DNA of 64,000 bases from Trichormus sp. ATA11-4-KO1 (lineage in GTDB: Bacteria > Cyanobacteriota > Cyanobacteriia > Cyanobacteriales > Nostocaceae): the NCBI GenBank assembly GCA_019358915.1, contig JAHHIM010000018.1, positions 1 through 64,000 of the forward strand, read 5' to 3'. Below the pieces are notes generated by a model. It made no database searches. It was given only the letters and a program-made list of their open reading frames with translations, and had not been told where the DNA came from. Positions within the stretch are counted from its first letter, which is position 1. Each line of letters opens with the position of its first letter. A program made the position numbers and the translations under genes. Positions 52,674 through 63,158 of this stretch are shown here, in pieces.

Positions 52674-55600
52674 ATGAAACGCATCGTCTTGATTGCTGGA
52701 TTTGAATCGTTCAACGCGGACTTATACAGAAAGGCAGCTTTTTTGGCTAACTCTCGCTGTCCCGATTTGGATATTCGGGTATTTAGCGATCGCGATATTA
52801 GCAGCAAACGTACCGAGGTAGAAACAGCACTCAAAGACGCTGACGTGTTTTTTGGGAGCTTAATATTTGATTATGACCAGGTTTTGTGGTTGCGCGATCG
52901 CCTGGCCCAAATTCCCCTCCGCCTTGTATTTGAGTCAGCTTTGGAATTGATGAGTTTAACCAAGTTGGGTAACTTTGCTATTGGCGACAAACCCAAAGGA
53001 ATGCCCAAACCAGTTAAATTCATCCTCGATAAATTCAGCAACGGACGAGAAGAAGATAAACTTGCTGGTTACATTAGTTTCCTGAAAATCGGCCCCAAAT
53101 TACTGAAATTTGTGCCAGTGCAGAAAGTCCAAGACTTACGCAACTGGTTAATTATCTATGGTTATTGGAACGCTGGGGGGACAGAAAACGTTGCTGCTTT
53201 ATTCTGGACACTAGCAGAAAAATATTTAGATTTAAAAGTCGGCGATATTCCCCCACCCATCGAAACCCCCAACATGGGATTACTCCATCCCGACTATCAG
53301 GGTTTTTTTGCATCACCCCGTCAATATTGGGAATGGTATCAAGAGAGGACAAGGGGACAAGGGGATCAAATACTTCATCATCTCCCCAGTCCTCAGTCCC
53401 CAGTCATTGGGATATTACTGTATCGTAAACATGTCATCACCAAACAACCATACATACCTCAACTAATTCGCCGTTTTGAGGAAGCGGGTTTAATTCCCTT
53501 ACCCATATTTATCAACGGTGTAGAGGGACATGTCGCAGTAAGGGACTGGATGACTACTGAATATGAAACTCAGCAACGGCAACTAGGTAATACAGAAACT
53601 CCTTCACTGTCTCCAGAAGCTGTTAAAGTAGATGCGATCGTTTCCACCATTGGCTTTCCTTTGGTGGGGGGCCCAGCTGGTTCAATGGAAGCAGGCCGTC
53701 AGGTGGAAGTAGCTAAACGCATCCTCTCTGCTAAGAATGTCCCTTACATTGTGGCTGCACCATTGCTAATTCAAGACATTTACTCCTGGACACGCCAAGG
53801 TGTCGGCGGACTGCAAAGTGTAGTTTTATATGCTTTACCAGAATTAGATGGGGCGATTGATGCTATTCCCCTTGGTGGTTTGGTAGGTGAAAATATTTAT
53901 TTAGTTCCCGAACGAGTACAGCGTTTAATTGGCAGGTTGCAAAGCTGGATTAAATTACGGCGAAAACCCGTAGCAGAACGCAAGATAGCCATTATTTTAT
54001 ATGGGTTCCCCCCTGGTTATGGTGCTGTAGGTACGGCTGCATTATTAAATGTTCCCCGTAGTCTCCTCAAATTACTCCACGCCCTCAAAGACCAAGGTTA
54101 TAACGTTGGCGATATCCCAGAAGATGGGGAAGAATTAATTCGCCAGGTACAAGCAGCAGACGAAGAAATGGAAAGATGGGAAAAAAATAAGCCTTTTCCT
54201 GCCTCTGCTAATACTGTTAATGCCCGTAAATTAGAAAAATGGTTGGGATATCTGCGAACATCCCGCATCGAAAAACAATGGAAATCGCTTACAGGTACTG
54301 GAATTAAAACCTATGGGGAGGAATTACATATTGGTGGTGTGCAGTTAGGAAATGTCTGGATTGGTGTACAACCACCTTTGGGTATACAAGGTGACCCGAT
54401 GCGGTTAATGTTTGAACGGGATTTAACGCCTCATCCCCAATATGCTGCTTTCTATAAATGGCTGCAAAATGAGTTGCAAGCTGATGCTGTGGTTCATTTT
54501 GGGATGCATGGGACAGTGGAATGGTTACCGGGTTCTCCGTTAGGTAATACTGGTTATTCTTGGTCGGATATTTTATTAGGAGACTTGCCTAATTTATACA
54601 TATATGCGGCGAATAATCCTTCTGAGTCGATTTTGGCGAAGCGTCGGGGTTATGGGGTGTTGATTTCTCACAATGTGCCGCCTTATGGTCGTGCTGGTTT
54701 GTATAAGGAGTTAATTTCTTTGCGGGATTTAATTTCGGAGTATCGCGAAGACCCGCAGAAGAATTATGCTCTGAAGGAGGTGATTTGTAAGAAGATTGTT
54801 GATACTGGTTTGGATGCTGATTGTCCATTCACTGAGGCTAAGCGTTTGGGTATTGCTTTTAGTCCTGAGAATGTGCGGATGTTTAGTGCCCATGCTTTTG
54901 ATGATTATTTGGTGAAGTTGTACGCATATTTGCAGGTGTTGGAGAATCGGTTGTTTTCTTCTGGGTTGCATGTTTTGGGGGAAGCGCCGAATGAGGAGGA
55001 GTTGGCGGGGTATTTGGAGGCTTATTTTGGGGACAAACCACAGAGGCGCGGAGAACACGGAGAGGAGGAAAGGCTAGTTACTGATTTGTTGATGCAATCG
55101 ACGGATGAGTTAAGGAATTTGTTACGGGGTTTGAATGGGGAATATATTCCGCCTGCGCCTGGGGGTGATTTGTTGCGGGATGGTGCTGGTGTTTTGCCTA
55201 CGGGGAGGAATATTCATGCTTTAGATCCTTACAGGATGCCTTCTCCGGCGGCTTATGAACGAGGGCGGGAGATTGGGGAGAAGATTATTGCCCAGCATTT
55301 ACAGGAACATGGAAGTTATCCGGAAACTGTGGCGGTGATGTTATGGGGTTTGGATGCGATTAAAACTAAGGGTGAGTCTTTGGGGATTCTGTTGGAGTTG
55401 GTGGGGGCTGTACCTGTGAAGGAGGGTACTGGGCGGATTGTGCGTTATGAGTTAAAGCCTTTGGCGGAAGTAGGACATCCCCGTATTGATATTTTGGGTA
55501 ATTTGTCGGGGATTTTCCGGGATAGTTTTGTGAATATTATTGAGTTGTTGGATGATTTGTTTCAACGGGCGGCTACTGCTGATGAACCGGAGGAACAAAA

Positions 55601-56372
55601 TTTTATTAAAAAACATGCTTTAGCTTTGCAGGCGCAAGGTGTGGAAAATGCTTCTGCAAGATTATTTTCTAACCCGGCTGGTGATTTTGGTTCTTTGGTG
55701 AATGATCAAGTAGTTGATGGTAATTGGGAATCTGGGGAGGAGTTGGGTAATACTTGGCAAGGTCGTAATGTGTTTAGCTATGGAAGACAAGATAAGGGTC
55801 AAGCTAGACCAGAAGTTTTAAATACTTTGTTAAAAACAAGCGATCGCATTGTCCAAGAAATCGATTCTGTAGAATATGGTTTAACTGATATTCAGGAATA
55901 TTACGCCAATACTGGCGGGTTGAAAAAGGCGGCAGAAAAGCAACGCGGTAAGAAGGTTACTACTAGTTTTGTGGAAAGTTTCTCGAAGGACACCACACCC
56001 CGCAATTTAGAAGATTTGTTACGCATGGAGTACCGCAGCAAATTAGTCAATCCTAAATGGGCGCAAGCAATGGCTAATCAAGGTTCTGGTGGTGCGTTTG
56101 AAATTTCCCAACGGATGACGGCGTTAATTGGTTGGGGTGGTACGGCTGATTTTCAAGATGATTGGGTATATGACCAAGCCGCAGATACTTATGCTTTAGA
56201 TCCAGAAATGGCGGAAAAGTTACGTCAAGCCAATCCTGAAGCTTTCCGTAATATTGTCAGCAGAATGTTAGAAGCACATGGCCGGGGTTTATGGCAAGCT
56301 GATGCAGAAAGGTTGGATAAGTTACGTCAGTTATATGAGTTGACTGATGAGGAATTGGAAGGTGTTTTGTAG
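52674..56372 (+). CDS. bchH: Magnesium chelatase subunit H-like protein (CobN/BchH family)
   Basis: GFPLVGGPA, HFGMHGTVEWLPG, NNPSESILAKRR and LPTGRNIHALDP. Confidence 0.9.
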   Translation: MKRIVLIAGFESFNADLYRKAAFLANSRCPDLDIRVFSDRDISSKRTEVETALKDADVFFGSLIFDYDQVLWLRDRLAQIPLRLVFESALELMSLTKLGNFAIGDKPKGMPKPVKFILDKFSNGREEDKLAGYISFLKIGPKLLKFVPVQKVQDLRNWLIIYGYWNAGGTENVAALFWTLAEKYLDLKVGDIPPPIETPNMGLLHPDYQGFFASPRQYWEWYQERTRGQGDQILHHLPSPQSPVIGILLYRKHVITKQPYIPQLIRRFEEAGLIPLPIFINGVEGHVAVRDWMTTEYETQQRQLGNTETPSLSPEAVKVDAIVSTIGFPLVGGPAGSMEAGRQVEVAKRILSAKNVPYIVAAPLLIQDIYSWTRQGVGGLQSVVLYALPELDGAIDAIPLGGLVGENIYLVPERVQRLIGRLQSWIKLRRKPVAERKIAIILYGFPPGYGAVGTAALLNVPRSLLKLLHALKDQGYNVGDIPEDGEELIRQVQAADEEMERWEKNKPFPASANTVNARKLEKWLGYLRTSRIEKQWKSLTGTGIKTYGEELHIGGVQLGNVWIGVQPPLGIQGDPMRLMFERDLTPHPQYAAFYKWLQNELQADAVVHFGMHGTVEWLPGSPLGNTGYSWSDILLGDLPNLYIYAANNPSESILAKRRGYGVLISHNVPPYGRAGLYKELISLRDLISEYREDPQKNYALKEVICKKIVDTGLDADCPFTEAKRLGIAFSPENVRMFSAHAFDDYLVKLYAYLQVLENRLFSSGLHVLGEAPNEEELAGYLEAYFGDKPQRRGEHGEEERLVTDLLMQSTDELRNLLRGLNGEYIPPAPGGDLLRDGAGVLPTGRNIHALDPYRMPSPAAYERGREIGEKIIAQHLQEHGSYPETVAVMLWGLDAIKTKGESLGILLELVGAVPVKEGTGRIVRYELKPLAEVGHPRIDILGNLSGIFRDSFVNIIELLDDLFQRAATADEPEEQNFIKKHALALQAQGVENASARLFSNPAGDFGSLVNDQVVDGNWESGEELGNTWQGRNVFSYGRQDKGQARPEVLNTLLKTSDRIVQEIDSVEYGLTDIQEYYANTGGLKKAAEKQRGKKVTTSFVESFSKDTTPRNLEDLLRMEYRSKLVNPKWAQAMANQGSGGAFEISQRMTALIGWGGTADFQDDWVYDQAADTYALDPEMAEKLRQANPEAFRNIVSRMLEAHGRGLWQADAERLDKLRQLYELTDEELEGVL

Positions 56373-56559
56373 CTTGAATCAAACGCAAGAGGTTCAGATC
56401 CCCTACTTTTACAAGAAGTAGGAGGTCTTTGTTTTTTCTGCTGTTTTATCTAAATTTTATTTTCTGGAAAATTGCCTGTAAGATAACTTTTACTGCACCT
56501 CAACCACAAAAACGGTGCAGCACATTTAAAGTCTAACGCTGAAAAGGATGTGCTAAGTT

Positions 56560-57612
56560 ATGTCCTCTCTATTTCAAAATGTGCAAAGTTGTGATGTTCG
56601 TCAGTTGGGTATTAACCCAAATCACTGGTATGTGGTTGCACGTAGTAGTGAAGTGACAAATAAGCCTATAAGTGTAGTAATTTGGCAGCAAGCGATCGCA
56701 CTCTATCGAGACAGTACAGGTAAAATTCACGCCTTGGAAGACCGTTGTCCCCACCGCCAAGTTAAACTTAGTCACGGGCAGGTCATGGGTAACGAATTAG
56801 AATGTGCATATCACGGTTGGCGTTTCAATTCATTGGGTGAATGTGCGGCGGTTCCTTATTTAGCAGCAAATCAGAAACTACCAAATTGTCAAATCCGCCA
56901 TTACCCAGTAAAAGAACAAGATGGTTTTATTTGGTTATTTCCGGGAAATGAAGCATTATCTGTAGAACCCCTAGGTTTACCGGAGTGGGAACATCTCAAT
57001 TATATTGCCACAGTTTCAGTGATTAATTGTCATGCCCATTATTCTTATTTAATTGAAAACTTGATGGATATGTATCATGGACATTTACATCAAGATTTGC
57101 AAGCTTGGGCAGAAGCGTCTTTACAAGATATTGATGAAGATGCTAATCGTGTAGATGCTCATTACATAGCACAAAGTTATTATAAAATAGATAAAATTTG
57201 GTCTATATCCCAGTTATTTTTTCCGTCTTTACGGCGATTACATCCTGAACCATTAGATGTGAGTTATGTTTATCCGCATTGGGTTTCTACATTGGGAAAA
57301 GATTTTAAAATTTACTGTTTATTATGTCCAGTAAGTGAAACGCAAACAAAGGCTTATTTAATTCATTTCACATCATTAAATGCTTTTTGGCGATTGCATA
57401 AATTACCTATATGGTTTCGGAAATTTGTCAAAGATAGTTTATTTGGTGCAGCAAAAAAGTTACTTGATGCTTTGGTGGTGCAAGATGTAAAAATGATTGA
57501 GGAGGAACAGCAGGCGTATTTGCAGAATCCCCAAAGGCGGAATTATGAGTTAAATCGGGCTTTAGTGAGTGTGCAAAGGTTAATGAGGAATCAGGTGGAG
57601 AAGTTAGGGTGA
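56560..57612 (+). CDS. Rieske non-heme iron oxygenase
   Basis: CPH...CAYHGW Rieske motif and ENLMDMYHGHLH mononuclear iron motif. Confidence 0.9.
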   Translation: MSSLFQNVQSCDVRQLGINPNHWYVVARSSEVTNKPISVVIWQQAIALYRDSTGKIHALEDRCPHRQVKLSHGQVMGNELECAYHGWRFNSLGECAAVPYLAANQKLPNCQIRHYPVKEQDGFIWLFPGNEALSVEPLGLPEWEHLNYIATVSVINCHAHYSYLIENLMDMYHGHLHQDLQAWAEASLQDIDEDANRVDAHYIAQSYYKIDKIWSISQLFFPSLRRLHPEPLDVSYVYPHWVSTLGKDFKIYCLLCPVSETQTKAYLIHFTSLNAFWRLHKLPIWFRKFVKDSLFGAAKKLLDALVVQDVKMIEEEQQAYLQNPQRRNYELNRALVSVQRLMRNQVEKLG

Positions 57613-57871
57613 TGAACCTATCCCACTAATACAATTAAGTTCGGTAACTTCAAAACTTCAGGCTTGATTTAATCAGCTATTTTGGCATTAACTTAATTTT
57701 GGGGTAAACCAAGATAGACAGGCGCTGGAGAAGCATTAGTAATTGCAGATGCAATGGCATTTTGGGTGCTGTTAAAGTGAGAATTATTACCTTTCATGAC
57801 TATGACTACTCCCAAGCTTAATAAAACAATCAGAACGAATTTAAAATATGAGAAGGTTTCATAGGCCGTAC

Positions 57872-59398
57872 TTAGAAAAACAAGGTAGTTCTGACGGTTC
57901 CTATATAAATCGTGTCGTTATTATATTTATGTTCTGGATTGGTAATTACTAATAAGCCAGGAGTAATAGCAATATTTTCGTTCACAGGAAAGCGATAAAA
58001 TACTTCCAAATGCCAAGAATTAGCTTCATCTGTCAACTTTCTACCCAGTTCATTGCTAATGACTTTCGGCGGTTGACCAAGAATAATTCCCGCCAAATCA
58101 CCTTCTTGACTGATATCCGGAAAGGCTAGGGTAACAGCATAGTTAAAAATATCTGCTGTGGGTTTTCCTGATAAATCTTCAGCTGTGGCTTGTGTCAAAC
58201 CAACCCAACCGCCAAGATAAAAATGACGATTTAATCGCCAACTTCCTTGGACTCCGTAAGAATTAGCAGTGATGCGATCGCTATCATTATCAAAGGGGTC
58301 GTTGGCTAATTCACTTCCAGTTGCTGTATTGATATTGTTGTACGAGCGCACATAAGTTAAACCTATTTCTGCATTTTCTATCGGTTCCAGGGTCAACTGT
58401 GCAATTGCACCGTAAGGACTTGCGCCAATTCCCACTTCCGGATCATTAGCACGGTCAGAAATATAACCTACACTTAAATTGACAACATCACTCAATTCGT
58501 AGTCTATCCCTACTCCCGTACCAAAGCCTTGCCGATAGATGGGATTACGTCGCCCAAAACGAGAGATAGCACCACTACCACTATTGATAAAAAAGGGATT
58601 GAGCGGATCAGCAAAATCATTGAGTTCTCCAGCCGTCGCCTGAATAAAACCTATTGCTTGTTTGCCAATGGGGAAACGATACTCTAAACGGCTGATATCT
58701 ATGTCATTATTACTATCTCCATCAAACCCCAAGCGAGTCATTGCAGTACCTGTAACCCTGTCGATTGCAGGGGTATTTCTGGCTTGCAACCGAACTCGCA
58801 GACGGTCTTGACCTGTAAAACTTGTATCAAAGGTCATACGTACTCGGTTACCGAGAAAGATATTATTGTTGATGGGTTCATCTCTATCATCAGCTTTGTT
58901 TGTACCAACGAATCCGGCGATCGCAATGATCACTTCCCCACTAAAGTTAGTAGATGCGGAAAACTGCTGTGCTTGTAATTGAGTTGTCTGCTCTTCCAAA
59001 TTATCAACTCGTGCCTGTAAGCTATTTAACTCAAAAGCAAATTCTGTTTGTAACCGCCGCAGGGTAGATAGATCACCTTGATTTACCAAATGATTCCTAC
59101 TTGCGGCTATAAGTTGATTTATACTCGTCAAACAAAGGTTTAAACTTATTGCAAATTCTGAACGAGTGATAAATCGCTGACCTCCATAGTGACTAAAATC
59201 AGCTTTGCAATCATAGCGTTTTACCAAAGATTGCAAAGCTGTAAATTCCCAGTCCGTAGATTTGATATCTGCTAACTGAGAAAAGCTAGTCATCTGGGTT
59301 AAGGAAGAGTTTTGTTGTTCTGTGACAGCAAAAGCTTTTTCTGTAAGCACCAGAATGACTGCTAAAATTACTGAACCTAGCCGGAAAACTGAGGACAT
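57872..59398 (-). CDS. Cyanobacterial outer-membrane porin (SLH + OprB-type barrel)
   Basis: Degenerate SLH (LQSLVKRYDC, ITRSEFA), FDTSFTGQDRL and terminal RTTLFF; TAATG coupling to the upstream gene. Confidence 0.88.
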   Translation of the reverse strand: MSSVFRLGSVILAVILVLTEKAFAVTEQQNSSLTQMTSFSQLADIKSTDWEFTALQSLVKRYDCKADFSHYGGQRFITRSEFAISLNLCLTSINQLIAASRNHLVNQGDLSTLRRLQTEFAFELNSLQARVDNLEEQTTQLQAQQFSASTNFSGEVIIAIAGFVGTNKADDRDEPINNNIFLGNRVRMTFDTSFTGQDRLRVRLQARNTPAIDRVTGTAMTRLGFDGDSNNDIDISRLEYRFPIGKQAIGFIQATAGELNDFADPLNPFFINSGSGAISRFGRRNPIYRQGFGTGVGIDYELSDVVNLSVGYISDRANDPEVGIGASPYGAIAQLTLEPIENAEIGLTYVRSYNNINTATGSELANDPFDNDSDRITANSYGVQGSWRLNRHFYLGGWVGLTQATAEDLSGKPTADIFNYAVTLAFPDISQEGDLAGIILGQPPKVISNELGRKLTDEANSWHLEVFYRFPVNENIAITPGLLVITNPEHKYNNDTIYIGTVRTTLFF

Positions 59399-59967
59399 TA
59401 CAAATTCACGCACTGACCTTCTTTCTGCTTGGCGATATTATTACCACCAGTAGGGGGCGGATTGTTGTCCTGACACTGTAAATTGTTGCCTATCTCGTTA
59501 GAGGAAATGGTCAGGCCGCCATCTCTATTCTTATTGGCTTGGATGCTACCACTGATGTCGTTACTGCCTATGGTAACTGAGCCAATGTTTTCTTCTAGCT
59601 GTACATCACCTGTAATGGTAGCTCCATTAATAGCAATATCTAACCCCTTCCGCAGTGAAACATTATTGCCGATTTGCGTGCCAGAGTTAATATCAATATT
59701 GTTAGCACTTTCGCCTTGAATCCCGCCGATAATACTGGCTTGATTAACTGTCAAGTTAGCACGAGACTTAACGGTGATATTTCCCTGAACATTAGTACCG
59801 TTAAGTGTGCAAGAGGCATCATCTGGCACTATGACATTGCCTGAAAGAGTTACATCACCAAATGTTCCCCGACATTCTGTGTCTTCGGCAAGAGCAACAG
59901 GTGCGCCAATCACTATTGATGACAAAGATAGAACTGCGGCAAATTGTGAAATTACAATTTTCTTCAT
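59398..59967 (-). CDS. Secreted beta-helix-like protein
   Basis: Signal peptide ending ALA, repeated (I/V)xG(N/D/S)(I/V) units and four Cys. Confidence 0.8.
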   Translation of the reverse strand: MKKIVISQFAAVLSLSSIVIGAPVALAEDTECRGTFGDVTLSGNVIVPDDASCTLNGTNVQGNITVKSRANLTVNQASIIGGIQGESANNIDINSGTQIGNNVSLRKGLDIAINGATITGDVQLEENIGSVTIGSNDISGSIQANKNRDGGLTISSNEIGNNLQCQDNNPPPTGGNNIAKQKEGQCVNL

Positions 59968-60011
59968 GGTTTTCTCCTTTGTGTATACGGTTCATTTGTC
60001 TGGTTAATTGG

Positions 60012-61730
60012 TTACACAGACAAAACTTGTTCTGGGCTGTCTTGAAACAGTCGTGCGGTGAGGCTATCACTGTTGAGCAGCAAGTCTGGAGAGCCTGTTT
60101 CAATCAACCGTCCATTCTCTAAATACCAAATCACATCGGCGGCGACGAGACGTTCTTGGCGGTGAGTAATGATTAATACCGTGCCTTTGTGTTCTGCTAG
60201 TACCCGGTCAACAACGGCGGTAGCTTGAGCATCTAAGTTAGCATCTACCTCATCCAGTAGTAATAGTGGTGGATTGCCTAAAATTGCCCGTGCTAATGCG
60301 ATGCGTTGGCGTTGTCCAGCTGAGAGACTTTTACCACCCTCAGAAACTTTGGTTTCCTCACCTTTGGATAGTTCTGCCAGTACTTGCTCAATACCGCACA
60401 GTTGCCAAACTCTGGTAATTTCTTCGATGGGGGCATCTCGCCAGCGATAGCGGAGATTTTTAGCAACAGTTCCTCGCAATAGGGGTAAATCTGGGCTAGC
60501 CATACCAATTGCTCGGCGAATCGATTCTAGGCTGTGTTGGGTTAAATCTTGTCCATCCAGGCGAATTAGACCTTCATCGGGGTCAATTAGACGTGCGGCG
60601 AGAGAAATTAAGGTGGATTTGCCAGCACCATTCGGCCCCACTAAGGCCACGATTTGACCTGGTTCGGCGATCGCACTGACTTTGTGCAATGAACCCTCTA
60701 AGCTGACACAATCAAATTCCAAACGTCCTGGCCCTAATTTGATTTCCGGAGCATTTGCCTTTTGTGTAACTAAAGCAGGAGTTGCGAGGAATTGTTTCAC
60801 TTTTTGCAGTGCTACCCGCGAGTTGTGCCAGTATTCCTGTACTCGACCCAAGTCTCGCAGTGGCGGAACTAAAAGCCCGACAATCGTCATGGCTGCTACA
60901 ACTACACCGGGAGAAGTGCGCCCAGCAGCTACTTCCACCGCCCCCATGAGCAAAGCTGCACCAGAAGCGATCGCGGCAGTTCCTTCTGTAATTCCCCGCA
61001 ACTGACCGGCTACCATTGCCCGATCTATCATTGCTTTTTCCAAACGCCGACTCTGGCGAGCAATGCGTTTTTTCTCTTGTTGCGACTGTCCAAAAACTTG
61101 CACTACAGCAATGGCAGCAACTTTTTCGTTAATATTTGCCGCGAGGTTACTCAATCGCCGTCTCGACTCTTGAGCAACTGACCGCATCCGCTTACCCAGC
61201 ATGAAGGAACTTAAACCACCAATTGCTAAAACTAAGCCAACAGTTAAAGCCAAAGGAGTACTAACAAGCGACAAAGCTGCTAAAGAAGCCACAGTTGTAG
61301 TTATAGCTACAGTCAACCGCGCCAAACCTAAACTTACCCACTGACGCAGAGCAGTCAAATCACCTATGAAGCGCAGCATGACTCCTCCCTGACTGCGATT
61401 TTGCAGAGCGCGAGGCGCAAGACTCATTAAACGCTCGTATAAAATCATCCGAATTTCGTAGGCGTAATCTTGACCGATCCGTTCAGCATCGGCTCGTTCT
61501 AGTACCCGCAGTAAGGCTGTGACAATCGCTGCTGCTGCCAAACCCAAACCAATCTGCCACAGCAGCTGGTTATTAAAACCAGGATTGGCAATTGTAATTA
61601 ACTCATCAAATGCTAGCTCTACTAGCAAAGCATTGGCGACAGTCGCAGCAGCTTGACAAAAGCCGTTAATTATTAAGCGGGTAAGAAACCAACGACGGTT
61701 CCCACTAATTGCATGAGGAATCTGCATCAT
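60012..61730 (-). CDS. ABC transporter ATP-binding/permease
   Basis: Transmembrane domain, GPNGAGKST, LSAGQRQR and LLDE. Confidence 0.9.
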   Translation of the reverse strand: MMQIPHAISGNRRWFLTRLIINGFCQAAATVANALLVELAFDELITIANPGFNNQLLWQIGLGLAAAAIVTALLRVLERADAERIGQDYAYEIRMILYERLMSLAPRALQNRSQGGVMLRFIGDLTALRQWVSLGLARLTVAITTTVASLAALSLVSTPLALTVGLVLAIGGLSSFMLGKRMRSVAQESRRRLSNLAANINEKVAAIAVVQVFGQSQQEKKRIARQSRRLEKAMIDRAMVAGQLRGITEGTAAIASGAALLMGAVEVAAGRTSPGVVVAAMTIVGLLVPPLRDLGRVQEYWHNSRVALQKVKQFLATPALVTQKANAPEIKLGPGRLEFDCVSLEGSLHKVSAIAEPGQIVALVGPNGAGKSTLISLAARLIDPDEGLIRLDGQDLTQHSLESIRRAIGMASPDLPLLRGTVAKNLRYRWRDAPIEEITRVWQLCGIEQVLAELSKGEETKVSEGGKSLSAGQRQRIALARAILGNPPLLLLDEVDANLDAQATAVVDRVLAEHKGTVLIITHRQERLVAADVIWYLENGRLIETGSPDLLLNSDSLTARLFQDSPEQVLSV

Positions 61731-61743
61731 AACTCGGCGCCAA

Positions 61744-62859
61744 TTAGGTGGTACTCAAGGGCTGAGTCAGGATGAAATCGGAAAGAGTGCGAGGGTAGGA
61801 AATCACTGTTTTTGCTACTGTTGCAGTTGGCAATAAATCAGTGGCTTTTTCGCGCAGCATCTGGATATCGAAAATCGGTAAATTTATGGCTTTTGCGGCT
61901 TCACGAGCAGCTAAAGGAGATGCGGTTACTAAACCACTAACTGCCAGGACGGGTAGATTATGTCGCTGTAACCATTCCGCACCGGCGGCGGCTCCTAATG
62001 CACTGTCAGTAGCGAAAAGTACACCATCAACTGTTTCACGGAAAGCAACAGAGGAAACTAACGCCGATGTTTCTTCTTGGTACAATCCATCTGCTATCTC
62101 TAGCACAATCACATCTACACCCTCTGCTGCTAAATGATTAGTCAGAGTATGTAGAATTTCTTGGACTTGTTTGGGGGTAGCTCGATAAGTGGAAGGAAAA
62201 CCAACACAGGTGAAATCTAAAACTAAGCTAGCTCCAGCATCACGCATCAACCAAATGTCGCCACCTGCGCCAGTACCAGTAATCTTGGCGGCTCCCACTT
62301 TCATCCCTGCATTGACCAAGCCTTTAATTAAGTTGGCGACTGTAGTAGTTTTACCGGAGTTCATGGATGTACCAACAACAGCAATTGTGCAAGGACGTTG
62401 GCCGATATAACTAGTTGGTGGTAAAGCCCAATCTGCAATATTAATGCGCTTTCCTTGTTGATCACCCAGTAAGCCAATAGGAGTAATGGCTGTGGGCATT
62501 TTCATTTTGGTGTGCTGGGACAAGACTTGCGCGGCTATGCCACCTGCTGCTGCCAGATTACATGGTGACAAATCTGTGGGCATCTCTGCTTCAAATTGAT
62601 CCGGGGCGTAACGATTACCGTAGCAAACTACTATTTCGTCATTAGAAAACATGATGGCTTTGCGACCATTGCCGAGTTCTAGACGTTCGTGCTGACCTGT
62701 TTGGTCTACTCTTGCCAAGACTAAATCACCAGATTCAGGTTGTATATCTCCGGTGATTAGTGTGGCGATCGCATTCACATCTACATGACGTGTAGTAAAT
62801 GCCATTTTTGCTTGAGCAAGTCTATCAGGTTCTAATGACAAAATATTCATCTTATTCAC
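61744..62859 (-). CDS. DUF1611-like P-loop NTPase
   Basis: VVGTSMNSGKTT, KITGTG, EIADG and N-terminal YGNRYAPDQFE. Confidence 0.75.
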   Translation of the reverse strand: MNKMNILSLEPDRLAQAKMAFTTRHVDVNAIATLITGDIQPESGDLVLARVDQTGQHERLELGNGRKAIMFSNDEIVVCYGNRYAPDQFEAEMPTDLSPCNLAAAGGIAAQVLSQHTKMKMPTAITPIGLLGDQQGKRINIADWALPPTSYIGQRPCTIAVVGTSMNSGKTTTVANLIKGLVNAGMKVGAAKITGTGAGGDIWLMRDAGASLVLDFTCVGFPSTYRATPKQVQEILHTLTNHLAAEGVDVIVLEIADGLYQEETSALVSSVAFRETVDGVLFATDSALGAAAGAEWLQRHNLPVLAVSGLVTASPLAAREAAKAINLPIFDIQMLREKATDLLPTATVAKTVISYPRTLSDFILTQPLSTT

Positions 62860-63158
62860 TCCTCAAATGCTGGAAAAATTTTCTTGAATCGGATTTTCAT
62901 GGACTTAGACCACAAAAATCATATCTAGAAGCAGAAAAAATTAATAACAACTTTCTCACCCTTACAGATTCAATTTTTGGTTTTAAAGTTTCAGCATTTT
63001 TTTTGATCCCCAATTATTTTTCGAGCTACTACTAAAGAAATACGTCTTTAGTAATAAATGCTTAAAACTAGATTAAATTAACCTATATGCTTCTGTTTTC
63101 TATTAGTTATCTTTACACATCAAAATTAGTTGAAATTAAGAAAAAGATGAGAAAATTC

